A DNA stretch of 64,000 nucleotides from Verrucomicrobiales bacterium (GCA_050998515.1 JBPCQC010000079.1:6177-70176), one strand, 5' to 3'. Positions 1 to 10,145 are shown, counted from the stretch's first letter. Program-made: numbers and translations. The notes: generated by a model from the sequence alone, not told the origin.

Positions 1-539
1 TAGGTGCCATCGGCGCCACCAAAGAGCGCCCGCTGGCGCGCCTGATTTTTGGTCTTGGCATCCTGCACGTGGGCGTCACCGCCGCGCAGTCGTTGGCCGA
101 GCACTTCGGCAGTCTCGATGCGCTGGCAAATTCGACTCCTGAGCAATTGCGCCAGGTTCCCGATGTTGGTGAGGTCGTGGCAAAAAGCATCACCCGGTTT
201 TTTAGCGACGCACGCAATCGCACGCTCGTGGACAAGCTTCGGGTGGCGGGGCTGACCATGACGGCAGGTGAAAAAGGGGAAAAACCTGCCGTTTCGTCCC
301 GCCTCGAAGGCAAGACCTGGGTTATTACCGGGACATTGAGCGAGCCGCGCCCGATTTTAGAGAATCTCATCCGCTCCCACGGAGGGAAGGTATCCGGAAC
401 CATCACAAAAAAAACCAGCTATTTGCTCGCGGGCGAAGATGCCGGCAGCAAACTCGAAAAGGCGCGCCGTTGGAACGTCGCGATTGTCAGCGAAGCAGAA
501 TTTCGCCGAATGATAAGCGAATCACGATCTGTCACCTGA
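1..539 (+). CDS. ligA: NAD-dependent DNA ligase LigA, C-terminal fragment (gene begins upstream of the window)
   Basis: Open frame from the window edge (codons in phase from nt 3). HhH region plus C-terminal BRCT-like domain (TWVITGTLSEPRP...YLLAGEDAGSKLEKA). Stop at 537-539. Confidence 0.85.
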   Translation, partial: GAIGATKERPLARLIFGLGILHVGVTAAQSLAEHFGSLDALANSTPEQLRQVPDVGEVVAKSITRFFSDARNRTLVDKLRVAGLTMTAGEKGEKPAVSSRLEGKTWVITGTLSEPRPILENLIRSHGGKVSGTITKKTSYLLAGEDAGSKLEKARRWNVAIVSEAEFRRMISESRSVT

Positions 540-586
540 GGGGAGGGAATGATTTTGCGGAGAAAGTGTGATCAGAGCGCCAGTCG

Positions 587-1720
587 TTACGGCGCGACGA
601 ACTTTACGCAAACTGGTTTGCCAACGCTGATTGGATCACTGTTAGGAGTGAGTTTTCCTGACTGCTCGTCGATTTTGAAAACCACTACATTGTTTGTGCC
701 CTGGTTCGCCGCCAGAAGCCAGCGGCCGGTTGGATCGATGCCAAAGTTGCGGGGGGTTTTTCCACCGCACGAGGTGGCTTCGATCAGCCTCAGCCAGCCC
801 GTGGTCGCATCGACCGCAAAAAGAGCAATGCTGTCATGTCCGCGATTTGATCCGTAGACCCATTTGCCATTGGGATGGGCTTCGACATGCGCGGTGGAGT
901 TGTTGCCGCTGAAGTCAGGTGGCAGCGTGCTGATCGTATGCGTCGGGGTAAGTGTGCCCTTCTCGCCGTTGTAGGTCAGCGTGGTGATTGACGAGTTCAG
1001 CTCGTTGATCGAATAGGCGTAGAGCCCGCCGGGATGAAAAGCGAAGTGCCGGGGTCCGGCACCCGCGGTCAATTTCACAAACGGCGGCTGCCCAACCTCG
1101 AGCGTCCCGAGGTTTGGAAGAATGCGATAGTTGAAGATTTTATCGAGGCCGAGATCGCAGACGAATGCGTGTTCGCCATTCGGGGAGACATTAATCGAAT
1201 GGGCGTGCGGGCCGTCCTGGCGCCTGGGGTTGACACTTCGGCCTTCATGCTGAAAAAACGACCCTCCTTCTCCGAGATGCCCGTCCGGTTGAATCGGCAC
1301 GCTCACGACGCTGCCTCCGCCGTAATTGGCCGCCAGGGCCACCTTGCCTGAGTGATCAACGCTCACATGGCAAGGACCCGCGCCACGCGTGGGTTGTTGA
1401 TTGAGTAATGCCAGCTTGCCGGACTTGGCGTCGATGACGAAGGAGCTGATCGCGCCGGCGGGATTCTGCGCGGTGCCCGACTCATTGACGGCAAAAAGAA
1501 ATTTCTTTCCCGGGTGAATTGCCAGAAAGCTCGGACTTTTGATCTCGGCGGCCAGTTCCGGTGCGGTGAGTTTGCCGGCTTCGGTGTCGAACATCGAGAC
1601 GTAGATTCCTTTGCTCGACTCGCTGTCGTAGGTTCCAAAATAAACCAGCATGCTTTCGGCGGGCGTGAAGGTTAAACACGCGGCAAAAGCCGCGAGTGCG
1701 AGAATAGGCCGCTTGCTCAT
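587..1720 (-). CDS. pgl: 7-bladed beta-propeller lactonase (6-phosphogluconolactonase YbhE/Pgl-like), secreted
   Basis: Track ORF 587..2689 trimmed to the internal ATG at 1718-1720, which precedes the signal peptide MSKRPILALAAFAACLTFTPAES. Strong similarity to E. coli YbhE/Pgl (GAGPRHFAFHPGGLYAYSINELNSSITT vs [28 protein letters not shown]). The upstream part of the track ORF is antisense to the L,D-transpeptidase gene. Confidence 0.8.
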   Translation of the reverse strand: MSKRPILALAAFAACLTFTPAESMLVYFGTYDSESSKGIYVSMFDTEAGKLTAPELAAEIKSPSFLAIHPGKKFLFAVNESGTAQNPAGAISSFVIDAKSGKLALLNQQPTRGAGPCHVSVDHSGKVALAANYGGGSVVSVPIQPDGHLGEGGSFFQHEGRSVNPRRQDGPHAHSINVSPNGEHAFVCDLGLDKIFNYRILPNLGTLEVGQPPFVKLTAGAGPRHFAFHPGGLYAYSINELNSSITTLTYNGEKGTLTPTHTISTLPPDFSGNNSTAHVEAHPNGKWVYGSNRGHDSIALFAVDATTGWLRLIEATSCGGKTPRNFGIDPTGRWLLAANQGTNNVVVFKIDEQSGKLTPNSDPISVGKPVCVKFVAP

Positions 1721-1804
1721 AACGGCACCCTTAACAGGAGAACCGATTGCGGTAAAGCCGAGAACCCGCCTTGCCGAACTGGTCGCTCCCGGCATCTTGC
1801 GCTG

Positions 1805-2812
1805 ATGCCATGCTTTTTCAAGGCCGCCCTCTGGCTGGTCGTGGCGTGGGCCGCTGGCCCAACGAACGGCGCCTCCGCCGCGTCGGCCGGCGGCCCATCG
1901 GCACGCGAACCAGCACCGGCCCCCTCGGACTACACTTTCGAAATCCTGCTGCGGCTGCAGATCTTTCTCGACGCGGAAAATTTCGGGCCTGGCCAGATCG
2001 ACGGAAAGGCCGGAGAGTTTACTCGCAAAGCCGTTGCGGCCTGGAACGTGGCGAACGGCTACGACGACACGGAGGATTGGCGCCCGGCCTTGCGGCAGTC
2101 GCAACGGCGCGTGAACGCCCTCTATGCGGCCTATCGGATCAAGGCGGGCGACCTCGCCTTCCTGAGCCCAAAGCTGCCGGAGAAACCGGCTGATCAGGCA
2201 GCTCTCGACTATCTTGGTTATCGATCTCTGGCTGAGTTCGTGGCCGAGCGCTATCACACCTCCGAGGGATCTCTTGCCAGGCTTAATCCGGGCCAGCCGC
2301 TCGCAACGCTCCGTGCTGGAGAGTGGTTGAAGGTTCCGAATGTGGAACCGTTTCGCCTCGAAGAACTCCGGCCGCAGCAAGCATGGAACGCCAACAACCC
2401 TTTGAGCGCCCGGAGCGTCCTCGTCGATACCGATCAGAAGACAGCTTCTTTTTATGATGAAGACGGGTATCTCTTCGCCTCTTTTCCCATCACTCCCGGT
2501 CAGACAAGATTTGTGCCACTGGGTGAGTGGAAGATGGAAGTCATGCTCGCGCTCCCCCAATATCGCTGGGACAAACAGATGCTCGAACAGGGCAAGAGAA
2601 GCAAAAATGCGAGCTTGCTGCCCGCCGGCCCCAATAGCCCGGTCGGCGTCATGTGGGCCGGTTTGAACAAGAGCGGCATCGGCTTGCACGGCACCGCCAC
2701 ACCGGAAACCATCGGCCGCAGCCGAAGCGCCGGCTGCATCCGCTTCGCTAATTGGGACGCCGTCCGCCTGCCCTCCCTTGTCCGGCCAGGTTCACGCGTG
2801 CTGATAAAGTAG
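1805..2812 (+). CDS. L,D-transpeptidase with peptidoglycan-binding domain (YkuD family)
   Basis: ATG at 1805 with signal-like N-terminus. PG_binding_1-like segment (GKAGEFTRKAVAAWNVANGYDD). YkuD catalytic motif GIGLHGT...SAGCIRF with His and Cys. Confidence 0.85.
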   Translation: MPCFFKAALWLVVAWAAGPTNGASAASAGGPSAREPAPAPSDYTFEILLRLQIFLDAENFGPGQIDGKAGEFTRKAVAAWNVANGYDDTEDWRPALRQSQRRVNALYAAYRIKAGDLAFLSPKLPEKPADQAALDYLGYRSLAEFVAERYHTSEGSLARLNPGQPLATLRAGEWLKVPNVEPFRLEELRPQQAWNANNPLSARSVLVDTDQKTASFYDEDGYLFASFPITPGQTRFVPLGEWKMEVMLALPQYRWDKQMLEQGKRSKNASLLPAGPNSPVGVMWAGLNKSGIGLHGTATPETIGRSRSAGCIRFANWDAVRLPSLVRPGSRVLIK

Positions 2813-2937
2813 TTTCAAACGGTGTCAGCATTCACGCGAAGTTGGGTTAGGCGTTGCCGGCTGTTGGAAGAGACGTGAAATCGTCCCAGTCCCAAGGAAC
2901 GCCGCTGCCGTCGAGGAACGAGACGAGAATCTGGCAC

Positions 2938-3759
2938 CTACTTTACGCTCCCCGTCTTCCGGTTCGTGCCTGGTTGCCCTCGCGCGGCGGGTGAATTCGG
3001 GTTCCAGAATCCATTTTCCTCGCCTGGTCCAAACCAGCCGACGGCATCCTTTTTGTTGTTCCCGCCGTAAAAGTTGGCTCCTTCTTCGTCGGTCGGCGGC
3101 TCAAGGGTTACGCGTCCATCTCCCCAGGCGATGATGGCGCGGCCATTCGCGCGGAAATGAGTGCTGGGCTGCAATTCGCCGCGCCGCCGCCCGCGCCGGT
3201 CCACCCAGTATCGCGGCTCGGTGAATGGATATTCTTGAACTCCGTCCGCTTGTGACAGCGCGGTGGTGGCAAACATCACGGTGCGTCCGAGATTCGGGAC
3301 ATCGCCGAGCGATGCTCCGCGAAAGCGATCATCGGGAGTGCCGCCTATGTATTCGGCATTGTAGCCATAACCACCGGCACCTTTTTCAAAGCTTTCGAGT
3401 ACGAACTTTTCCAGCAGTGGGCAAACGAGGATTGCCTTGCTGCCGCCAAAATAGGGTGAGAGGAATCCGCGTGCGGGATCGAATTCGTCTCCGACGCTGC
3501 CGCGACCGCCGTGCCACCGAACGAGATTGTCGCGACTCATGGCGGGACAGAAGTCACCGGCGTGGTCCGCTGCATAAGCCGCGTTCGCTCCTGCCAGGCC
3601 ATGCAACTGGACGATGGAAACGCCTGTGCCCCCCCGACGGCGTGTTTGCCGTCCCACTGCAAGCACCAGGCTGGCAAGCACGGCGAGTATCGCCAGGCTC
3701 ATGAGGATTTCGACCAGCGAAAAACCCAACGGCGCTGTCATTTGCCGGCGCGTTTTCAT
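2938..3759 (-). CDS. Prepilin-type N-terminal cleavage/methylation domain protein (DUF1559 / H-X9-DG-like pseudopilin)
   Basis: N-terminal GFSLVEILMSLAILAVLASL prepilin motif. C-terminal HFRANGRAIIAWGDGRV resembles the H-X9-DG box. Its ATG overlaps the stop of the upstream gene (ATGA at 3756-3759). Confidence 0.8.
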   Translation of the reverse strand: MKTRRQMTAPLGFSLVEILMSLAILAVLASLVLAVGRQTRRRGGTGVSIVQLHGLAGANAAYAADHAGDFCPAMSRDNLVRWHGGRGSVGDEFDPARGFLSPYFGGSKAILVCPLLEKFVLESFEKGAGGYGYNAEYIGGTPDDRFRGASLGDVPNLGRTVMFATTALSQADGVQEYPFTEPRYWVDRRGRRRGELQPSTHFRANGRAIIAWGDGRVTLEPPTDEEGANFYGGNNKKDAVGWFGPGEENGFWNPNSPAARGQPGTNRKTGSVK

Positions 3760-5546
3760 TGATCGCGCAGTGAAACAACCAACCTCACAAATACCGGAGC
3801 TTCAGAGCCGAAAAGCTCGCCGTCCGGGGATGAACCGGTCATCGGATGCCAGGTTCGAAGATTTTGTGAGAATTCGCCGCCATAGACCAGATCGCTGGCG
3901 CCGCTTCGCGGCTCCGGCAGCTCGAAGCGGATCCCGCCGGCTTCACGAGTGAATCTCGTTTCCGGTGCGGCACCTGGTTTCAGTGGGTCGGCCCCAAGAG
4001 CATATTCGAGCAGATTGGGAATTCCATCACTGTCGGGATCCGCGTCCGGTTGGGAATGCGGCGCCACCCACTCCCATTGCGCCTGCCATGAAGAATATGT
4101 AGTGGCCGATGAATTGAGCACCGCCACCGCATCGAGATCAAAACCACTGGTTTCGTAGGATGGATACGGATCATTGATTAAATTGCCCAAAGAATCCAAC
4201 GACCCAAGCGCCGGATCAATAGATCCCACGACATCGATGATCCGGACATGGGTGACGCTGGATTTGTTAAGCAGAGGGTTTTCCGATAGTTCGGCGAGGT
4301 CGAAAGGCGTTCCAAAGCCCGCCCGGAACTTTCCGGCAAGGTTGTCGAGGTTGCGCGTGTCGAGCGAACCATAAGATCCCACCTGGGTTCCGACCGGAGT
4401 GCACGAGACAGCGGGAAAACGGAAGAATTGCACGCCATCGGAACTGACCTCGACGAAGGCCAGTTCCAGAAATGTATCGCTAAGGCCATTTTCGAACACC
4501 GCGAAGTCGGCGCCGCTGCCATCGGCGATGGCCGGATCAAACGTGAGAACGATCGATCCTCCGTCCCCCAAACTCACACATGGATAGGGTCCCGGCGATC
4601 CGGGTTCCGGCTGCAATTCGGGATTATCGATGTCCGCCGGTCCCAGCGCACTTGCCGGGGTCCCATAGGTGACTGGGTCGCTCTGCGGATCACCCTTGAT
4701 CTCAGGGCCGCGAATGAGTGAAGAGGCGGTTGCCGCCCAGCCTTTGATCCGCGCATCGATAGCCGCAACCGCATCGGATGCGGGCTGCCCGGCCGGAGGC
4801 GAAAATGGTCCGGCGGCAAAAGCCACGGGTGACGCCACAAGCACCAATGTAACGGCGATGCGACGTCGCAACGTCAGGATCAGAGCACTGAATGCGAGGG
4901 CTGCGCTCAGCGGCTCAGGCACGGGCGCTGCCGCGACTGGCTCGGCTGGCCCCGTCCCGCCAAATGGTGCGTACACAAATCCGTCCCAGGAACCGTCGAC
5001 GAGCGGACGGGCCAAAACCCCGGTGCTCGATTCCACCCAACGCCCCGATTCTGTACCGTCATACGGATTGCCTAATGGAACCACGGTGGTCGCAGGCAGA
5101 ACAATGTGCCCGTTTTTAGTGAAATCGACCGAATCAAAATAGACTTCGTTGTTGACGAAATAGTCCCAAAATTCGCCGGTGGTGGGATCGAATCCCGGGC
5201 GGAAGCGTTCGGCGAGTCCGTTCTGGTCTGCATCGAAGGCCAGATCGGAGACAAACCCATTTTCGAGTCCTTGCGCTGTCAGACGTGGATCGGCCGCTAC
5301 GATGGCGGCCAGAAGGTCCCGGCCGGTTTTGCTCTGGCTCGAAGGCCAGCGGTATCCCCAGGCGAGGCCAGGCGTTCCGTCGCGCCAGTCAATGACGAGC
5401 ACTGCCTGCGCGATGCCCGTTTCTGGTGGTGGACCGACCCAGAACTGTAGGTCGGCGAGTGTGATGGCGGCCTGCGCCGCCGGTGCGAGGATGGTGGCAG
5501 CGGCCAACGCCGCGGCCGCCACCGTGCGAACGGTGAGCGATTTCAT
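3756..5546 (-). CDS. Secreted protein: N-terminal ~229-aa module with its own signal peptide and a PEP-CTERM-type sorting motif, fused in-frame to a ~370-aa secreted domain with a TSP3/dockerin-like C-terminus
   Basis: ATG at 5546 with GGAGGG upstream. Signal peptide MKSLTVRTVAAAALAAATILAPAAQA. Internal VPEPLSAALAFSALILTLRRR (PEP + TM + RRR) at aa 209-229 with no stop after it. The sequence continues IAVTLVLVASPVAFAAG (signal-peptide-like). C-terminal DADPDSDGIPNLLEYALGADP. The track start at 5663 is a 5-prime extension. Confidence 0.6.
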   Translation of the reverse strand: MKSLTVRTVAAAALAAATILAPAAQAAITLADLQFWVGPPPETGIAQAVLVIDWRDGTPGLAWGYRWPSSQSKTGRDLLAAIVAADPRLTAQGLENGFVSDLAFDADQNGLAERFRPGFDPTTGEFWDYFVNNEVYFDSVDFTKNGHIVLPATTVVPLGNPYDGTESGRWVESSTGVLARPLVDGSWDGFVYAPFGGTGPAEPVAAAPVPEPLSAALAFSALILTLRRRIAVTLVLVASPVAFAAGPFSPPAGQPASDAVAAIDARIKGWAATASSLIRGPEIKGDPQSDPVTYGTPASALGPADIDNPELQPEPGSPGPYPCVSLGDGGSIVLTFDPAIADGSGADFAVFENGLSDTFLELAFVEVSSDGVQFFRFPAVSCTPVGTQVGSYGSLDTRNLDNLAGKFRAGFGTPFDLAELSENPLLNKSSVTHVRIIDVVGSIDPALGSLDSLGNLINDPYPSYETSGFDLDAVAVLNSSATTYSSWQAQWEWVAPHSQPDADPDSDGIPNLLEYALGADPLKPGAAPETRFTREAGGIRFELPEPRSGASDLVYGGEFSQNLRTWHPMTGSSPDGELFGSEAPVFVRLVVSLRDQ

Positions 5547-6035
5547 GAATCCCAATTCCCTCCATGTTTGCGGGTGGGTTTTGTCGCGGCTGGCCCGCTT
5601 CGTTGTGAAACAGGATCGCGATTGAGTCGCCGCCGGCAGAAGTATTCGGGCTCCTGGCTCCAAGCCTTCGCCTCGGCCTTCACTCGACTCCTGGCGAGCG
5701 CGTCGGCTCGAGGCCAGCGTGCTCGTTCGGGATCAAATTGGCTTTGCCGCGGCCGTGAGGCCGCGTGAAGCGTTGTCACCAGTTACCGCAGCGCAGACTG
5801 CTCTGGATTTGCACCAGATTCCATCTGCCAGGGCGTGTGCGCCCATAATAGGGCGCGGGGGCAGCGCGTCAACTGCGCTTCGTGTTCAGTGGCCGTTGTC
5901 GGACCGCAGGCTTTCATCTGGCTTTGACCCTGCCGTGTCGCCGGCTTGCAGCCGGCAGCGCCAAGTTCGATCGGCTTCGCCCCAACGATGCAGACCACAG
6001 CTCCGCGAAGCGGCAGACTGAAAGTCTGCGGTACG

Positions 6036-7694
6036 ATGATTCAGCGCGTTTTTCTTCTTGAGCAAGCCGGGCGCAGTCGGCGAATGAACCGCATGCTTGA
6101 AGTGGACGCTGAACCCAAAAAGACGCCGCCAAACAGCCCGAGTGCCCTGCTGTTGACCGAACGCCTTTGGTCACGATTGCGCCCACGAGCGACCTTTCGT
6201 GTCGTTCGCGAGCTGTTCCCGCGGTTGTTGGCGGTCTGTTACATCATGGCTTTTGCCTCATGGGGCTTGCAATGCGACGGACTGACAGGCAGTGACGGAA
6301 TTTTGCCGGCAGCCAATTGGATCGAGGGAGTCAAGGATTGGGCTGGCGGCAGCTCCGCGAAGGCGTTTTGGGAAGTTCCCACCATCTTTTTATGGCACTA
6401 TTCAGACTCTTTCGCTCGATGGGTATGCTGGGGGGGTGCCGCCCTTGCATTGCTGGTGATAGCGGGATTCGCCCCAGGTCCGCTGTTGTTGACGCTTTGG
6501 CTTGCCTATCTCTCTTTGGTCAAAACGGGGGGCGTATTCATGAGCTACCAGTGGGATACGCTGTTGCTCGAGACCGGCCTGCTCGGCGCCCTCTTTGCGC
6601 CATGGCGATTATCAACCTGGCGTCCCGGCAAAAATTTTCCCGACGGCCCGTGGCTCGGAATCATCCTTCTCCACTGGCTGCTCGTTCGGTTGATGTTTTT
6701 TTCGGGTTTCGTCAAGCTCGCCAGCGATGATCCAACGTGGCGGAATTGCACGGCGCTGAATTTCCACTACGAGACGCAACCTCTGCCCACGTGGTTGGGG
6801 TGGTGGGCGCATCAACTGCCTGAATGGGCGCACGTCACGAGCTGCCGAATCACCTTTCTCATCGAGTTGGTGCTGCCCTTCGCTTTGCTGCTGGGTCGCT
6901 GGGGGAGGCTGGGCGGGTGTCTTGGATTCACCGCCTTGATGCTGCTCATCCTTCTCACCGGCAATTACACATTCTTCAACTGGCTGACAATCTTCCTGGC
7001 CCTGACGCTGCTGGATGATTCGTGGTGGCCGCATGTGGTCAAGCGGTGGCTGCGCCTCTCGAGAACGTCGCGGCAACCAGCATCAAGGCTGGCAGCAATA
7101 TTTACCTGGGCGGCTGGAATTCCATTGCTCTTGTTGAGCCTCGTCGCCACCACAATGGCGCTCGAAAAACCCAGCGCGAAAAAGCGTTCCCTGGTGCCGC
7201 AATGGGCGCGGCAGTTTTATGCCGCTGCCTCGCCCTTTGCCAGCGTGAACAGCTATGGGCTTTTTGCAGTCATGACCACCGAGCGCAACGAAATCGTCTT
7301 CGAGGTGAGTGCCGATGGCGCGCAATGGCATGAAGTCGAGTTCAAATGGAAGCCTGGTAATGTGCGCCGGGCGCCCGGGTTCGTCGCGCCCCATCAACCA
7401 CGCCTGGATTGGCAAATGTGGTTCGCGGCGTTTCACCCAGGTTTCGTGCCTCAACGAGATATGTCGAGTCCGCGCATGAACTGGTTCGGCCATTTTGTAG
7501 GCCGGCTGCTCGACCACAAAAAGCCGGTTTGGGAATTGTTGGAGCGTCCTCCGATAGCGATCGAAAGCATCAAGTTCGTGCGCTGCCAGTTCTACCGGTA
7601 TCGGTTTTCGGATTTATCGACGCGGCGCGCCACCGGCGCGTGGTGGACACGCGAATATCTGAGCCGCTATTCAGATACGTTTGCGAAGCCATAA
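6036..7694 (+). CDS. Lipase maturation factor (LMF1/TMEM112)-family polytopic membrane protein
   Basis: Multiple TM helices and LMF-family conserved blocks (WGLQCDGLTGSDGILP, FSGFVKLASDDPTWRNCTALNFHYETQPLPTW, RLDWQMWFAAF). The track ORF starts at TTG 5946. The first ATG is at 6036; later ATGs (6084, 6093) are also possible, so the start is uncertain. Confidence 0.7.
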   Translation: MIQRVFLLEQAGRSRRMNRMLEVDAEPKKTPPNSPSALLLTERLWSRLRPRATFRVVRELFPRLLAVCYIMAFASWGLQCDGLTGSDGILPAANWIEGVKDWAGGSSAKAFWEVPTIFLWHYSDSFARWVCWGGAALALLVIAGFAPGPLLLTLWLAYLSLVKTGGVFMSYQWDTLLLETGLLGALFAPWRLSTWRPGKNFPDGPWLGIILLHWLLVRLMFFSGFVKLASDDPTWRNCTALNFHYETQPLPTWLGWWAHQLPEWAHVTSCRITFLIELVLPFALLLGRWGRLGGCLGFTALMLLILLTGNYTFFNWLTIFLALTLLDDSWWPHVVKRWLRLSRTSRQPASRLAAIFTWAAGIPLLLLSLVATTMALEKPSAKKRSLVPQWARQFYAAASPFASVNSYGLFAVMTTERNEIVFEVSADGAQWHEVEFKWKPGNVRRAPGFVAPHQPRLDWQMWFAAFHPGFVPQRDMSSPRMNWFGHFVGRLLDHKKPVWELLERPPIAIESIKFVRCQFYRYRFSDLSTRRATGAWWTREYLSRYSDTFAKP

Positions 7695-7751
7695 TCTTCC
7701 CACCATTCGCGGGCTTGCTCTTGGGTCGCCGCTGCGGCTACCCTGCGCGCG

Positions 7752-10100
7752 ATGATTCGCCCATTTGTTGTATTCTTCGGTGTCCTGAACTCAGCGGGAC
7801 GGTTATTGGGTGGCGTAGAGTTGGCTGCCGATAAAATGCACGACATTGACGCGGCGATTGAGCGTCGCATTGAAGAGGGACGATTGCCTGGCGCGGTGGT
7901 GTGGATCGAACGTCGTGGTGAAGTTCATCATCGTGCATTTGGGTGGCGCAGCCTTATCCCGGAGGTGACGGCCATGACACCAGACGTCATTTTCGATGTG
8001 GCGTCGCTGACCAAAGTGGTTGCCACCACCCCCGCTATCATGAAGCTGGCCGAGCAGGGAAAAGTCGACCTTGAAGCTCCCGTTTCAAAATACATCGCGG
8101 AGTTTTCAGGCGATGGCCGCGAGGGCATCCCGGTGAAATGGCTGATGACACACAACTCCGGTCTGCCCCCCGGCATCAAGTTCGATGCCGAGTCGCCATG
8201 GTCAGGCTATGGCCAAGGAATCGCGCGCGCCTGTCGCGAACCGCTTATACACACTCCTGGAACGAATTTCGTCTACAGCGACATAAACTTTATCCTCCTT
8301 GGGGAAATCGTCCGGCGGGCCAGCGGGCAATCACTCGCTGAATTTATCCGGAAAAACGTATTTATCCCGTTAGGTATGAACGATACAGGCTTTCAGCCGA
8401 TCAAGAGCAGGCGCTCGCGGATAGCGCCCACCGAGGTCGAGCGTTCCCATCAGCCACTGCACGGGGTCGTACATGATCCAACCTCGCGGCGCATGGGCGG
8501 CATCGCGGGCCACGCCGGACTTTTCACGACGGCACATGATCTCGCTCGCTACTGCCGCATGCTGCTCAATAAAGGTATTCTCGATGGCCGTCGCGTGCTG
8601 GCCGAAGAGTCCGTTGCGCGCATGACCACCCAGCAGTCGCCGGCGGGACTCCCAGCGAAACGTGGACTTGGTTGGGATTTGCGTTCGCGCTTCACTCACC
8701 AGCGCGGCGACTTCTTCCCGGACGGCTCGTTTGGCCACACTGGCTGGACCGGACCATCGATATGGATCGATCCGGCCTCGCAGACGCTTGTCGTTTTTCT
8801 GACCAATCGCAACCATCCCACCGAAGCGGGATCAACCGGGATTCTGCGCCATAGAATCGGCACCTTCGCTGCTGAGGCCAGTGCCGGTTGGAAACGGGTC
8901 GTGCTGCCCGGACTGGCGTTGCCTTTGCCGGAAGGGATCGCTGCGCAATTGCCGGTTATCGGTAAAAGTTCTTCCAACGTCCTGAACGGCATCGATGTGC
9001 TCGAGCGCGACCATTTTGCGGTCCTGAAAAACCTGCGTGTCGGATTAATCACGAATCACACTGGGATCGATCGGCAGCGGCAACCTGCCATCGACATCCT
9101 CGCGAAGGCGCCTGGGGTGAAACTGGCTGCGTTGTTCAGTCCCGAGCATGGACTGCGCGGGGCACTGGACCAGGCCAAAATCAGGGATGCCACAGACGAA
9201 AAATCAGGGCTGCCCATCTTCAGTCTCTATGGCGAAAGCCGTGCTCCCACTGCCGCCCAGCTCGCTGGTGTGGACGCCCTCGTTTTTGATATCCAGGACA
9301 TTGGCTGCCGGTTTTACACCTATATCTCGACCATGGTTTTGGCCATGGAGGTTGCCGGGCGCGAAAAGAAGAAGTTCGTTGTGCTCGACCGTGTGAATCC
9401 GATCAACGGTTTGGACGTTGGCGGACCGCTGCGTGAGGGACCGGACACTTTCACCGCGGCGCATCGATTGCCGGTGAGACACGGAATGACCGCCGGAGAG
9501 ATTGCCCGGATGGTTGTCCAAGAGCGCAAATGGACTGTCGATCTGCACGTGGTGCGGTGCGAGGGTTGGAGGCGCTCACAGTATTTTGACGAGACCGGGC
9601 TTCCTTGGGTCAATCCTTCACCGAACATGCGAAGCCTGATCGCCGCCGTTTTGTATCCCGGGGTGGGTTTGCTCGAATTTACCAACCTCAGCGTGGGGCG
9701 AGGCACAGATTCACCGTTTGAATTGGTCGGCGCGCCCTGGATTGACGAAACTGCATTGTCCGCAGATTTTAATGCCGCTGGGTTGCGAGGAATTTCCGCT
9801 GTGCCAGTGCAGTTCACTCCGGCCGCCAGTGTTTACAACGGCCAGACTTGCCGCGGCCTGCGCCTGCTCTTAAAGGACCGCGGCGAGTGCGAGCCCGTGG
9901 CCATAGCCGCGGCCCTCGCCAGCGCGCTGTGTCGCTTGCATCCGAAAGATTATCAGACGACTAACCTCAATAAACTTCTGTGCCATGAACGCACCGCTGC
10001 TGCCATGAAGGCCGGCCGTCCTGCGCTGGAAATTCGCCAGCTTTGGCGCGCCGACGAACGCTCCTTTCTCCTCCGCCGCCGCAAGTGGCTCCTCTACTGA
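7752..10100 (+). CDS. Beta-lactamase-fold serine hydrolase (AmiE-like) fused to a DUF1343/NamZ-like exo-beta-N-acetylmuramidase domain
   Basis: N-terminal half has SxxK (SLTKVV), the YSD... and HTG motifs of PF00144. C-terminal half matches DUF1343 (LRVGLITNHTGIDRQ...LFSPEHGLRG...VFDIQDIGCRFYTYISTM). Confidence 0.85.
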   Translation: MIRPFVVFFGVLNSAGRLLGGVELAADKMHDIDAAIERRIEEGRLPGAVVWIERRGEVHHRAFGWRSLIPEVTAMTPDVIFDVASLTKVVATTPAIMKLAEQGKVDLEAPVSKYIAEFSGDGREGIPVKWLMTHNSGLPPGIKFDAESPWSGYGQGIARACREPLIHTPGTNFVYSDINFILLGEIVRRASGQSLAEFIRKNVFIPLGMNDTGFQPIKSRRSRIAPTEVERSHQPLHGVVHDPTSRRMGGIAGHAGLFTTAHDLARYCRMLLNKGILDGRRVLAEESVARMTTQQSPAGLPAKRGLGWDLRSRFTHQRGDFFPDGSFGHTGWTGPSIWIDPASQTLVVFLTNRNHPTEAGSTGILRHRIGTFAAEASAGWKRVVLPGLALPLPEGIAAQLPVIGKSSSNVLNGIDVLERDHFAVLKNLRVGLITNHTGIDRQRQPAIDILAKAPGVKLAALFSPEHGLRGALDQAKIRDATDEKSGLPIFSLYGESRAPTAAQLAGVDALVFDIQDIGCRFYTYISTMVLAMEVAGREKKKFVVLDRVNPINGLDVGGPLREGPDTFTAAHRLPVRHGMTAGEIARMVVQERKWTVDLHVVRCEGWRRSQYFDETGLPWVNPSPNMRSLIAAVLYPGVGLLEFTNLSVGRGTDSPFELVGAPWIDETALSADFNAAGLRGISAVPVQFTPAASVYNGQTCRGLRLLLKDRGECEPVAIAAALASALCRLHPKDYQTTNLNKLLCHERTAAAMKAGRPALEIRQLWRADERSFLLRRRKWLLY

Positions 10101-10145
10101 GGCCCCGGCGCCGTCCAATCCTCAAACGATGCTCAGAACCAATCC

